Positions 9,791 through 18,948 of a DNA stretch of 64,000 bases are shown here, piece after piece (position 1 is the stretch's first letter; every line of letters starts with the position of its first letter). The DNA comes from Fimbriimonadaceae bacterium (lineage in GTDB: Bacteria; Armatimonadota; Fimbriimonadia; Fimbriimonadales; Fimbriimonadaceae). A program made the position numbers and the translations under genes. The notes beneath the pieces were generated by a model. It was given only the letters and a program-made list of their open reading frames with translations, was not told where the DNA came from and did not search any database. The DNA lies in assembly GCA_019187105.1 (NCBI GenBank), contig JABAQM010000001.1:2012734-2076733 (forward strand), read 5' to 3'.

Positions 9791-10874
9791 ATCTTTCCTT
9801 GAGCGCGGGCCAGGAACCTTGCTCGATCGCGGTGCGGATCTCACTCATCAGGCGACTATAAAAGGCGAGGTTGTGGAGGGACGCCAGCCGCGCCCCCAGC
9901 GGTTCCCCGACCTTGAAGAGGTGCCGGACATAGGCGGCTGAGTAGCGGGCCGTCAAGGGGAATACCGAGTCCTCGTCGACCGGGCCATCGTGTCGAGCCC
10001 ATTTCTCGTTGGCAATGTTGATTCGGCCGCCCAGTGTGTAGAGGGCGTGGTGGCGGGCCATCCGGGTCGGAAGCACGCAGTCGAACAGGTCGATGCCGCT
10101 GCTCACACCATGCAGGATATCCGCGGGATGTCCGACCCCCATCAGATAACGGGCCTTGTCGGCGGGGAGCTTCGGCGCGGTCCGTGCCACAACCGGATAC
10201 TGCAATTCGGTGGGTTCCCCGACACTCACTCCACCAATGGCAAAGCCGGCGAAGGGCATCGAGCAGATCGTGGCACCCGATTCGTCCCGCAGATCCTCAT
10301 GAACGCCGCCCTGTACGATGCCGAAAACCGCCTGGTCCTCGGCCCTGGCATGGAGGCACCTTCTGGCCCACAGGTGGGTACGGTGCATTGCTTCAGCCGC
10401 CTGATCCTTGGTGCATGGGTAAGGAGGGCACTCGTCGAGTGCCATGGCGATGTCCACTCCCAACTGGCGCTGCACCGTAATCGCCCGCTCAGGGGTCAAG
10501 TCGACCTCCGAGCCATCCAGGTGGGACCGGAAAGTTACGCTGTTGTCGTCAATCCGCTGGTTAGAGGCCAGGCTCATCACTTGAAACCCACCGGAGTCGG
10601 TCAAGATCGCGCGCTTCCAGCCCATGAACCGATGCAAGCCACCCAGACCTTCCACCAAGTCCGGTCCGGGCCGAAGCAGGAGGTGATACGTGTTTGAGAG
10701 GACCAACTCGTAGCCAAGCGCATCGAGCTCGTCCTGCGAGATGGTCTTGACCGTCGCCTGGGTTCCAACCGGCATGAAGGCCGGGAGCTCGACTGTGCCA
10801 TGCGGCGTATGGAGCCGTCCTCGGCGAGCCTGCGTATGAGGACACTGAGCGATTAGCTCGTAGCGAACGCTCAA
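9777..10874 (-). CDS. tgt: Queuine tRNA-ribosyltransferase
   Basis: MSVRYELIAQCPHTQARRGRLHTPHGTVELPAFMPVGTQATVK is the canonical Tgt N-terminus, with a zinc-binding Cys/His region near the C-terminus. Confidence 0.9.
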   Translation of the reverse strand: MSVRYELIAQCPHTQARRGRLHTPHGTVELPAFMPVGTQATVKTISQDELDALGYELVLSNTYHLLLRPGPDLVEGLGGLHRFMGWKRAILTDSGGFQVMSLASNQRIDDNSVTFRSHLDGSEVDLTPERAITVQRQLGVDIAMALDECPPYPCTKDQAAEAMHRTHLWARRCLHARAEDQAVFGIVQGGVHEDLRDESGATICSMPFAGFAIGGVSVGEPTELQYPVVARTAPKLPADKARYLMGVGHPADILHGVSSGIDLFDCVLPTRMARHHALYTLGGRINIANEKWARHDGPVDEDSVFPLTARYSAAYVRHLFKVGEPLGARLASLHNLAFYSRLMSEIRTAIEQGSWPALKERYARA

Positions 10875-11896
10875 GCGGTTACGGGGCGTTTGGCGATCAT
10901 CGCTTCAGCGATCTGGATGGCATTAAGCGCCGCGCCCTTCAGCAGCTGATCACCCGATACGAACATACAGAGCCCATTGGGGTTGCTCAGATCATGCCGC
11001 AGTCGGCCGACGAGTACCTCGTCCTGACCGGAGGCTTCGAGCGGCATCGGGAATTTATTCCCGTGCCGATCGTCGACCAAACGAACGCCGGGGGCCTCAT
11101 CGAGGCATTCGCGGACCGTTTCGAGGCTAGGCGCCCGGCCAGAGAACTCGACCGTGACCGATTCGGAGTGCGCTCTCAGCACAGGAACGCGGATACAGGT
11201 GACGTTGAGCTTGAGGTCGGGCCGGTCGAGGATCTTTCGGCTCTCCTGGACGACCTTCACCTCTTCTTCGTTGTAGCCGTCTGCATCCACGGGTGTGTTA
11301 TGGCTGAAAAGATTGAAGGCATAGGGATGCGGCATGACCTTGGGAACCGGCTCCCTTCCTTCGAGTACATCGCGCGTCTGCTCCTGGAGCTCCATCATCG
11401 CTGCCGCACCGGCGCCGCTCGCACTCTGGTAGGTCGAGACGATGACGCGGTCGATCGTGCCCAGTTTTTGAAGAGGGGCGAGGGCCATCAGCAAGATGAT
11501 CGCACTGCAGTTCGGAACCGAGATGAGTTTGGATTCCGGCTTGAGGTGGTGAGGGTTGATCTCAGGAACCACCAGCGGGATCGAGGGATCCATTCGGAAC
11601 GCGCTTGAGTTGTCGACGACGATGGCACCCGCACGATTGGCGTGAGGAGCAAACTCTCTGCTTCGGCTGGCTCCTGCACTGAAAAATGCCACATCAATGC
11701 CTTCGAAGGCATTCGGCTTTACTTCCTCGATGGGAAGGGTTTCACCCTTAAAGGACCGAGTTTGTCCCGCTGAACGGGCGCTTGCCAGCAATCGAAGGGA
11801 GGCGACCGGAAACTGACGCTTTTCGAGGCATGAAATCAAGGTTTCCCCGACGGCGCCGGAGGCCCCCAAAATCGCCACGTTGTATCGATCTGCCAC
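10871..11896 (-). CDS. asd: Aspartate-semialdehyde dehydrogenase
   Basis: MADRYNVAILGASGAVG NAD-binding motif plus the catalytic Cys context and PEINPHHL. Its stop overlaps the tgt start. Confidence 0.9.
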   Translation of the reverse strand: MADRYNVAILGASGAVGETLISCLEKRQFPVASLRLLASARSAGQTRSFKGETLPIEEVKPNAFEGIDVAFFSAGASRSREFAPHANRAGAIVVDNSSAFRMDPSIPLVVPEINPHHLKPESKLISVPNCSAIILLMALAPLQKLGTIDRVIVSTYQSASGAGAAAMMELQEQTRDVLEGREPVPKVMPHPYAFNLFSHNTPVDADGYNEEEVKVVQESRKILDRPDLKLNVTCIRVPVLRAHSESVTVEFSGRAPSLETVRECLDEAPGVRLVDDRHGNKFPMPLEASGQDEVLVGRLRHDLSNPNGLCMFVSGDQLLKGAALNAIQIAEAMIAKRPVTA

Positions 11897-12116
11897 GACC
11901 TATGTGTGTACCCGACTTGCACTATTTGCCGAGAACTCGTATGTGCTGTCGAATTCCCTATAAATATCATCAAAATTCCAGGTGCCCATCATCCTTTCGT
12001 CCTAAAACATTGGTCAAATAAGATGTCGGGAAGAGATTCCATGACCGTCTTATCGACCGTAGGCCGAACGATATGACAACCCCTCCAGGGATCGTCGGTA
12101 GATCGATAAAGAACAA

Positions 12117-13079
12117 ATGAGAGAGAAAATGACCATGAAAGCGATCCGTACCCATCCTTGGCCGTTTCCCCGGGTAGCCCAGACGAAATCTTCGCAGCAG
12201 CGGGAGAGTTCGACTACAGCTCCATCCTCTGTAAGGCTGATGGAGGCCGGTGGGATCACCATTGTTCAGAACAACACGCAACGAAGCCGCGTCGGCGTTA
12301 CCGACCTCGATGTTCCGGCTGACCACCACGCGCTGATCATCACCCTTCAAGGCAGCTTGTTCCTTCGCCAGGAGGAAACCAACCAGTCTTATATAATTCC
12401 GCCGGGCACAGTTCTCTATGCTCACGGTCCGATGCTGTCGCCGCTCTATTACGGTCGAGGCATGCATTCGGCAATTCAGATTGGCTGGCACGATTCATCA
12501 CTCAATAGCCTGAAGGAGTGGACGCTCAGCCGAATGAGCGGCATGTCCCGCGACGAGCGCTTCAAGGCGCGCGCCGTTCCGCTCACTTTCGCCCAGCTCG
12601 AATGGGTCCATGCGATTCTAGGCTTGGTGCAGGAAGAGGGTGAATCGGTACTGCCCCGTGTTCTTGCCCTGGTCAACGAGCTTGTTTTCACCGCGGTAAC
12701 CGGAGACAGCAACCTTTCGCTGTCGACCACCTCGGAGGACATTCCGGAAACGATCGCCGCGTTGATTGCGGAAGTCAGAAAGAATCCCACCCAAGTGTGG
12801 TCGCTCAAGGAAGGCGCGACGTTTGCCGGCTACTCGCCGTTCCACCTCTCGCGAACCTTCCGCCAAATCATCGGCTGGGGCTTCCCCGAGTTCGTCGATC
12901 GATGCCGAACCGAGGTTGCGACCAAGCTCCTGATCTCCAATCAGGATCCCATCGAGGTGATTGCAAAGGATTCGGGCTTCGGCTCGACCCAGGCGTTCCG
13001 CGATGCGATGAAGGAGTACTTCGGGCTCCTGCCTTCAGAGATTCGAGCGCTCTCGTTCGGTTTCGCCGACGAAGAGTAA
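12117..13079 (+). CDS. AraC family transcriptional regulator
   Basis: The C-terminal double HTH is visible (GYSPFHLSRTFRQIIG...IEVIAKDSGFGSTQAFRDAMKEYFG). The N-terminal half has lower GC than the surroundings. An alternative start lies at 12129. Confidence 0.75.
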   Translation: MREKMTMKAIRTHPWPFPRVAQTKSSQQRESSTTAPSSVRLMEAGGITIVQNNTQRSRVGVTDLDVPADHHALIITLQGSLFLRQEETNQSYIIPPGTVLYAHGPMLSPLYYGRGMHSAIQIGWHDSSLNSLKEWTLSRMSGMSRDERFKARAVPLTFAQLEWVHAILGLVQEEGESVLPRVLALVNELVFTAVTGDSNLSLSTTSEDIPETIAALIAEVRKNPTQVWSLKEGATFAGYSPFHLSRTFRQIIGWGFPEFVDRCRTEVATKLLISNQDPIEVIAKDSGFGSTQAFRDAMKEYFGLLPSEIRALSFGFADEE

Positions 13080-13106
13080 CAACACAGACAGAAGGTACGA
13101 TCGCTT

Positions 13107-13172
13107 GCCGACCTGCCGCTAGTTTGCTAGCCTCTCCCAGGCTAGCCGCAGCAGGTCGGCATCATTTTTTTT
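13107..13172 (+). terminator. Rho-independent terminator downstream of the AraC gene
   Basis: A GC-rich inverted repeat, GCCGACCTGCCGCTAG...CTAGCCGCAGCAGGTCGGC, is followed by a run of 8 T residues. Confidence 0.6.
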
Positions 13173-13832
13173 CCTCACCAGAAGCGATCGAACTTGACCG
13201 TAGCCATGGGTCAGCAGGCGGGCTGCCAGTTCCTGTCCATCATCGGCTCGGACATACCATCCCCCTTCAACTTCTCGTATCTCCACCGCGAAGGGCTGCA
13301 CCAGCGCTCGTACGTTCGACGCGTCGTCGGCGTCTATCCAAAGCTCTTCGGGACCGGCCATGCGTTCCAGCTCCGGCCAGGCGATCGGCTCACTATTGCC
13401 GCTCGGCAGAATAAAGGCAACGGAGTCGCACTTTCTGGCGATCTCGGGACGACCTGTTATGAAGTGCGTACTGGATTCGCTGTCTTCGAGGATGCGAAAC
13501 AGCGTTTCGATCTGCCATAGGTCGAGTTCGTCAACGCGGTCGAAGACGATGGCGCCTTCACGCGCTACGAGAAGCGGTATCAGGGGCATCCACCGTTGAT
13601 CGCGCTCCGACAGCTTCTGCCAGGGAACCTGCTTCGACTCCCAAAGTCCGGTCGCATGGAGAATCTCGGCCTCCCGCAGCTTGGAAGTACCCGCCTTGGC
13701 ATTTCGAATCCAGCTTGAAGGTGTGGCTCGTAGAGCAGATGGAAGGCGAGATCGCAGGGTCTCGCCGGGGACGGCCACGTCCTCCGGGCGCACTTCAGAC
13801 CGCCCCAGGAACCAAGCGGTTCGCGAGTTCAA
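13119..13832 (-). CDS. Hypothetical protein
   Basis: A 237-aa ORF with coding-like composition but no recognisable motifs. Its 3' end runs into the araC terminator hairpin, so the C-terminal extent is uncertain. Confidence 0.35.
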   Translation of the reverse strand: MNSRTAWFLGRSEVRPEDVAVPGETLRSRLPSALRATPSSWIRNAKAGTSKLREAEILHATGLWESKQVPWQKLSERDQRWMPLIPLLVAREGAIVFDRVDELDLWQIETLFRILEDSESSTHFITGRPEIARKCDSVAFILPSGNSEPIAWPELERMAGPEELWIDADDASNVRALVQPFAVEIREVEGGWYVRADDGQELAARLLTHGYGQVRSLLVRKKNDADLLRLAWERLAN

Positions 13833-13856
13833 GGGGCCGATCCTGGTCGCATGGGT

Positions 13857-14927
13857 CTAGGGCAGTTCCAGCAAGCTACGATCGACGTGGGTCAGCACGG
13901 ACGGGCCCTCCGAAGTCACCCAAACATCGTCTTCGATGCGGCAACCGCCAAATCCTTCGATATAGACGCCCGGCTCCACGGTCCAAACCTGCCCGACCGC
14001 AATCGGTTGATCGGCGCCGGCTGCCAATCGACCGAAGTCGTGCACCGATTTTCCAAGTCCATGGCCCAGACCATGGCCGAAATACTGAGACAGGTTCTCC
14101 CGGTCAAGCACGTCTCGGGCGAGCTGATCCACATCCTTGCCGTTGGCTCCAGGAACCAATGCCTTGATTGCGGTTTGCTCAGCCTCCAAAACGAGCTCGT
14201 AAATGCGGCGGTGCCGATCACTCGCCTTTCCAACAACGACCGTGCGCGTGATGTCGCTGTTGTATCCGTCGAGGTTCGCTCCAAGGTCTAGGGTAACAAA
14301 ATCGCCCGGTTCAAGCTTCTTTTCGCTGGCATGACCATGGGGACGCGCCGACCGGTGGCCGCTGACGACGATCGGTTCGAAAGCCAGGGCCGCGCCTTGC
14401 CGACGGATAAAGAACTCGATCTCCAGCAAAATGTCGTACTCCCGAACTCCCGGTTGGACCATCCGGTAGGCGTGCTGCATGCAGGCATCGGCGATCCCGC
14501 ATGCCTTTTGGATCTTCTCGATCTCGTCCACGCTCTTGATCATCCGTAGCGGCGTCAGAATGTCCGGAGAAGGCATGATCGTGGCCGGCCGGAATTTCTC
14601 TTCCCATTGGCGCCAGGTGTCGAAGGTCGTTGTTCTCGAATCGCAGGCCAGCTTCTCGATACCGAGCTTTTGAACACGCTCGGCCATGAGGTCAAGCGGC
14701 TTTTGCGGGCTTGAGGTAATCGCGACTTCCACGCCCGCGACCTCTTCACCAGCCTGGATCGTATATCGGGAGTCACTGACGAAAACACCCTCAGATGGGG
14801 TCAGGGCCACCATGCCATAGGAGCCGGTGAAACCGGTCAGCCATTGGACCATCCCAAGGTCGGTCACCAGCAGAGCATCGATGCCCTCTCGCTCCATCGC
14901 CTCCCTGACACGGACAAGATTAGACAA
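13857..14927 (-). CDS. pepP: Xaa-Pro aminopeptidase (M24 family)
   Basis: An N-terminal creatinase-like domain and a C-terminal pita-bread fold with metal ligands (HGLGHGLG, EPGVYIEGFGGCRIED) are present. Confidence 0.8.
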   Translation of the reverse strand: MSNLVRVREAMEREGIDALLVTDLGMVQWLTGFTGSYGMVALTPSEGVFVSDSRYTIQAGEEVAGVEVAITSSPQKPLDLMAERVQKLGIEKLACDSRTTTFDTWRQWEEKFRPATIMPSPDILTPLRMIKSVDEIEKIQKACGIADACMQHAYRMVQPGVREYDILLEIEFFIRRQGAALAFEPIVVSGHRSARPHGHASEKKLEPGDFVTLDLGANLDGYNSDITRTVVVGKASDRHRRIYELVLEAEQTAIKALVPGANGKDVDQLARDVLDRENLSQYFGHGLGHGLGKSVHDFGRLAAGADQPIAVGQVWTVEPGVYIEGFGGCRIEDDVWVTSEGPSVLTHVDRSLLELP

Positions 14928-15380
14928 TTAAACGACCTCCGATTCGATGTTTTTCATGGCATGAAGAGCCAGCACGTAGCCATACGATCCGAGACCGACA
15001 ATTTGTCCCACCGTTATCGGCGCGATGACGGAATGGCGACGGAATTCCTCCCGTGAGTGAACATTGCTCAGGTGGACCTCGATGACGGGCAGCCGTACGC
15101 TCACGAGCGCATCGCGCAGGGCGATCGAATAGTGGGTTAAGCCACCGGGATTGATGATGATGCCCGAGGCCCACTTTCGGTGCTCCTGGATCGTATCAAT
15201 CAGAACGCCTTCATGGTTCGACTGAAGGATGCGCAGTTCGATGCCGAGCTCCTGAGCCGTGTTGGTAATGTCCTCATCGATCTCTTCGAGCGGCTTCTTG
15301 CCGTATAGGTCCGGTTCACGGAAACCGGTAAGGTTCAGGTTCGGACCATGCAGGACGAGGACTCTAGGATTTTTGTTCAA
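14928..15380 (-). CDS. aroQ: 3-dehydroquinate dehydratase, type II
   Basis: [16 protein letters not shown]...[10 protein letters not shown]...[17 protein letters not shown]. The probable TTG start ([10 protein letters not shown]) is preceded by GGAAAAGGAAG. The stop abuts the pepP start. Confidence 0.8.
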   Translation of the reverse strand: MNKNPRVLVLHGPNLNLTGFREPDLYGKKPLEEIDEDITNTAQELGIELRILQSNHEGVLIDTIQEHRKWASGIIINPGGLTHYSIALRDALVSVRLPVIEVHLSNVHSREEFRRHSVIAPITVGQIVGLGSYGYVLALHAMKNIESEVV

Positions 15381-15564
15381 GGACTTCCTTTTCCCATTTC
15401 TCAGGTTCGACGCCACTTTCCACAAGGAGGTGGGGGATACCGTCGACCACGGGGTAGCCGGTTCGGCATGCGGTGCAGACCAGGTAAGCACCTTTGACTT
15501 CCAGCGGCGGCCGTTCATCGCAGCGCGGACAAGCAAGAATCGCCAAAAGTTCCGGATCGATCAC
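15364..15564 (-). CDS. Trm112 family (DUF343/UPF0434) small zinc-ribbon-like protein
   Basis: [50 protein letters not shown] matches the Trm112 pattern. A GTG start overlaps the stop of the upstream GT4 gene (GTGA); the ORF is open to 15615. Confidence 0.6.
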   Translation of the reverse strand: MIDPELLAILACPRCDERPPLEVKGAYLVCTACRTGYPVVDGIPHLLVESGVEPEKWEKEVLEQKS

Positions 15565-16655
15565 CCGGCTACCTCGCGGTAAATGTCCAGCGTCAGACTT
15601 GCCGTGCAGCCCCAAGAGAAGCAGCGAACCCGCTCCAACCCTCGTTCTCGCATGGCGTCTAATTTACTCGAATCGCCGACCAAGCTCGCGATCGTCGCCG
15701 ACCAATCCTCGGCCTGCCAAGACGGCTCCACGTATGCCGCGTCTCCAGCAACCTCAGGAAGGGCGCCCCCGCTGCTGCACAGCACGGGACATCCGCTGGC
15801 GAAAGCCTCTAGGAGGGGCAATCCGAATCCTTCATGGCGGCTCGGCGCCAAATACAATGTCGCGCCGGCATAAAGGGACGCGAGCTGCTCGTCGGTCACA
15901 TATCCGAGTCGTCGCACTTTTGGGTGTTCGCGTTCCTCGCCCCACCCTGGCTTTCCGGTTACCACCAAGGGGCCAGGAAAGTCTTCGCCGAGATGTACGA
16001 CCGCGTCGACCGCGAGGGCCATGTTCTTGCGGGGCCAGCGGGTCGACACCGTCAGCAAGTAGGGTTCAGCAAGTTCAAAGTCCGCCGCCACCTGCCTGAG
16101 TCCTGATTCTCGCTGGACCGGGTGAATTGCCGGATTGAGGGCGAGCGGCGTCACTTGCGTCTTGCCGAGAGCGGCAGGGATGTAGTGCTCAATCTCCTTA
16201 CGGCTCGTTTCCGAAACGGTAATGACCTTTGCCGAGCGGGCCACCGTCCTTGGAACGAACTTCTGCAGGATCAGCCGGTCCTTTGGGGTGAACCACTGCG
16301 GCCCAATGAAGAAGGACACATCATGAACGGTCGTTACTCCTTTCCTACCCAGCAGCGGGCTCAGGTTGTACTGGCCGTGCGCGACGGATGCGCCGAGGCG
16401 TCTGGCGGCAAGGGGAAACTGGTAGAGGCTCCACCAGCGTCGCTGCCGCATGGGTACCGTGATCCACTTAAACCGGGCGTCGGCGGGAATGCTCGCGGGC
16501 CGAGATGCGTTACTGATGAGTAAGAGCCGAAAATCCTCGGAAAGTTTGGAAAAACCGTGAAGGAGGCCTCGCCAATAGGTCGTGTCGCCAGACGACTTGG
16601 CCGACAGCAGTCGAGCGTCGATCGCGACCGATGGAACGTGCGGATTCGGGCTCAA
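15561..16655 (-). CDS. Glycosyltransferase family 4 (GT-B, group 1)
   Basis: The C-terminal EX7E-type motif region EGFGLPLLEAFASGCPVLCSSGGALPEVAGDAA is present. Confidence 0.8.
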   Translation of the reverse strand: MSPNPHVPSVAIDARLLSAKSSGDTTYWRGLLHGFSKLSEDFRLLLISNASRPASIPADARFKWITVPMRQRRWWSLYQFPLAARRLGASVAHGQYNLSPLLGRKGVTTVHDVSFFIGPQWFTPKDRLILQKFVPRTVARSAKVITVSETSRKEIEHYIPAALGKTQVTPLALNPAIHPVQRESGLRQVAADFELAEPYLLTVSTRWPRKNMALAVDAVVHLGEDFPGPLVVTGKPGWGEEREHPKVRRLGYVTDEQLASLYAGATLYLAPSRHEGFGLPLLEAFASGCPVLCSSGGALPEVAGDAAYVEPSWQAEDWSATIASLVGDSSKLDAMRERGLERVRCFSWGCTASLTLDIYREVAG

Positions 16656-16703
16656 TACGTTTCAGTACCTGCTATTCTAGTTTAAGCGATTTCCATACCA
16701 AAG

Positions 16704-17126
16704 ATGAAGAGACGCAAGCCTCCCTATATGCTGATCGTCGCGCTGTTCGTGCTCGTTGGCGCGGCCGTCTGGTTCAACGTTCCCGATCTCCATCGGGAGG
16801 ATCCGATCGTCGATCCGACCGCGGGCCACGAGCATGGGCCTGGCGATGGCCATAACCATGACGAGCCCGTGGCCGACGCTTCAAAGCCCGATGCGACCAA
16901 AGAGTCGATGAAGGAGGTCTTGCAGAAGGCAACCGGAGCAGATCGAAAGCCGGAGCCGCCTACAACGGAAAACGCCACGCCGCGGCAGGTTCCGACAGCG
17001 GCGAAGACCAAGCCCGAGCCGCCAGAAATGCTCGGCAAGCCAAAGCCTAATATGCAAACGACGTCGACCCAGTGGTGGGACGACAAGAGCATGATGGGCG
17101 ACAAGCTGAAGAAGTCCAAGCGTTAG
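16704..17126 (+). CDS. Hypothetical His- and Pro-rich secreted or membrane-anchored protein
   Basis: An N-terminal TM or signal segment (YMLIVALFVLVGAAVWF) is followed by a HEHGPGDGHNHDEP cluster and a low-complexity Pro, Lys and Thr-rich tail. Confidence 0.45.
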   Translation: MKRRKPPYMLIVALFVLVGAAVWFNVPDLHREDPIVDPTAGHEHGPGDGHNHDEPVADASKPDATKESMKEVLQKATGADRKPEPPTTENATPRQVPTAAKTKPEPPEMLGKPKPNMQTTSTQWWDDKSMMGDKLKKSKR

Positions 17127-17956
17127 TCCGCGACAATCTGCTTGTACTTGCTGCGATCACGGAACAGCAGGCTCAGCAACACGCCTGCAATGACCAGGCT
17201 TGCTACGAGGATGATTGCACTCCAAGGCAACGGCAAAGTGGTGAGAGCCCAGAGTCCGCCACCGAGTGCTGCGGCACTCATGCCCCATCCCAAAACCAAC
17301 TTGCCGAACATGGCCTGACTGAGGTTCTCACGACGGGCGAGTTCGAGCAGGAAAGGTCCCTTGCAGCGAACACAGGCGATATTGCCCACTGGGTTCATGG
17401 TGCCGCAAGCATGGCACTTCACCGGTTCAAAGGCGTTGGGATCCGTAAGGTTCTTTCGCCAGAATTTGACCTTTTGCGCCTCGTTCATGAAGAGGTTTCG
17501 CATCGATGTGTTAGCGGTGGGATCCACGGTGGCATCGATGGCACGCAAGGTGGTCTCGGCAATGGCGATAGCGTGCCCCGGCAAGCCATAGTCGTACAGC
17601 GTCTTGGCGATGTCGAATCGAACCGCAATGTTGTCTGAGTGTTTGGCGAGAGCCTTGTGGGCCTTCTCAAGTCGCATCACATCGACGGCCTGCAGCTCAG
17701 CCCGCTCGAACTGGGTCGAGGCATAGGGAAAAAAGGCGACGCCCGTGATGATGATCAGCATGATGCCGATCTTGACCGCAGAATTCGGGGTGCTGATGGC
17801 GACGAAGTTGAGGAACGCCAACAGCGATGCGCCGCAGAAAGCATATCCCGGATGGAGCTTGCCGTCGATCGCCCAATAGGCCAGCATCACGAAGCAGAAC
17901 CCAAAGGTTGGGATCATGGCAAGTGTGATGAGAAGCTGTGCTCCACTTTCCGGCAT
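17123..17956 (-). CDS. Hypothetical multi-pass membrane protein with a zinc-ribbon motif
   Basis: Several TM helices are predicted by eye, together with CHACGTMNPVGNIACVRCKG (CxxC-N10-CxxC). Confidence 0.5.
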   Translation of the reverse strand: MPESGAQLLITLAMIPTFGFCFVMLAYWAIDGKLHPGYAFCGASLLAFLNFVAISTPNSAVKIGIMLIIITGVAFFPYASTQFERAELQAVDVMRLEKAHKALAKHSDNIAVRFDIAKTLYDYGLPGHAIAIAETTLRAIDATVDPTANTSMRNLFMNEAQKVKFWRKNLTDPNAFEPVKCHACGTMNPVGNIACVRCKGPFLLELARRENLSQAMFGKLVLGWGMSAAALGGGLWALTTLPLPWSAIILVASLVIAGVLLSLLFRDRSKYKQIVAD

Positions 17957-18019
17957 GGTCGTTCGCCCTATTTAACCCGTAGGACGCGCCGTTCGCCGCC
18001 GTTCGTTTGCCTGACAGGA

Positions 18020-18910
18020 CTAGTCTTCCAGCCCTTTGCTCCACGCCATATCCATCGCCGTGTACTTCGGATATTCGATGAGATCGTACAGCTCCTGGCG
18101 AGTTCGCATTTTGTCGAGGAAGTGGGCTTGCGTTCCTGTGCGGATCAATTCGCCATAGCACTCGTCTACCGCTTTTAACATACAGCGGAAGGCAGTCATG
18201 GGGAAGATGATCATTTCGTATCCCATTTCCGAGAAGCGAGACAGAGGAATGATCGGCGTCTTGCCGAATTCGGTCATGTTGGCAAGTAGCGGCGCATCCA
18301 CCCCTTTACGGAAGGTCTCGAACTCGCCTTCCGACTCCAGACCTTCGGGAAAGATCGCGTCTGCTCCTTCGCCCACGTATCGCTTCGCCCGTTCGATGGC
18401 CGCTTCCAACCCCTCCACCCCCCGTGCGTCGGTACGGGCGATGATCATAAAGGTCGAGTCCCGTTTCGCCGACGCAGTCGCCCGAATCTTTGCCACCATC
18501 TGGCTGGTGGGAACGAGCTCCTTGCCCTCGAGGTGCCCGCATCGCTTTGGACTGATTTGGTCTTCGATGTGGATCCCAGCCAAACCGGCTCGTTCCATTT
18601 CCATAACGGTGCGCGCCGCGTTCCAGGCCTCGCCATAGGCCGTATCGGCGTCGGCGATGACGGGCAACGGCGTCACACTGCAGACATTGCTGCAGACGGT
18701 CGCCATTTCGGTTGGACTGATCAGTGCGATGTCGGGCACACCCAAGGTCGCATTGGTGACGCCGGCGCCGGTCACATACAGTGCTCTGGCGCCTGCACGC
18801 GTGGCGCTGATGGCGGTAATCGCATTGAAGACGCCGGGCATCATCACGGTGCCTTGCGCCATCAACTTGCGTAGCTCTGCACCTGGCGAAAGGCGTGGGG
18901 TTGAAAGCAT
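18020..18910 (-). CDS. Isocitrate lyase/PEP mutase family protein (2-methylisocitrate lyase or carboxyvinyl-carboxyphosphonate phosphorylmutase-like)
   Basis: MPGVFNAITA...IADADTAYGE...GIHIEDQISPKRCGHLEGK...IIARTDA are hallmark motifs of the family. Confidence 0.8.
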   Translation of the reverse strand: MLSTPRLSPGAELRKLMAQGTVMMPGVFNAITAISATRAGARALYVTGAGVTNATLGVPDIALISPTEMATVCSNVCSVTPLPVIADADTAYGEAWNAARTVMEMERAGLAGIHIEDQISPKRCGHLEGKELVPTSQMVAKIRATASAKRDSTFMIIARTDARGVEGLEAAIERAKRYVGEGADAIFPEGLESEGEFETFRKGVDAPLLANMTEFGKTPIIPLSRFSEMGYEMIIFPMTAFRCMLKAVDECYGELIRTGTQAHFLDKMRTRQELYDLIEYPKYTAMDMAWSKGLED

Positions 18911-18948
18911 GGGGAAAGGTTACCGGCATACCCTGGCTATACTAAGGT

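Noticed and set aside
13119-13832. Possibility that the 237-aa minus-strand ORF is elongation factor P, expected downstream of aroQ-pepP by analogy with Firmicutes
   Set aside because: The protein lacks the EF-P KPGKG loop and is too long. It is kept as a hypothetical protein.
17975-18000. Short tandem direct repeat gccgttcgccgccgttcg between the zinc-ribbon membrane gene and the isocitrate-lyase-family gene
   Set aside because: Only two imperfect copies are present, consistent with chance in GC-rich DNA. There is no evidence of function.
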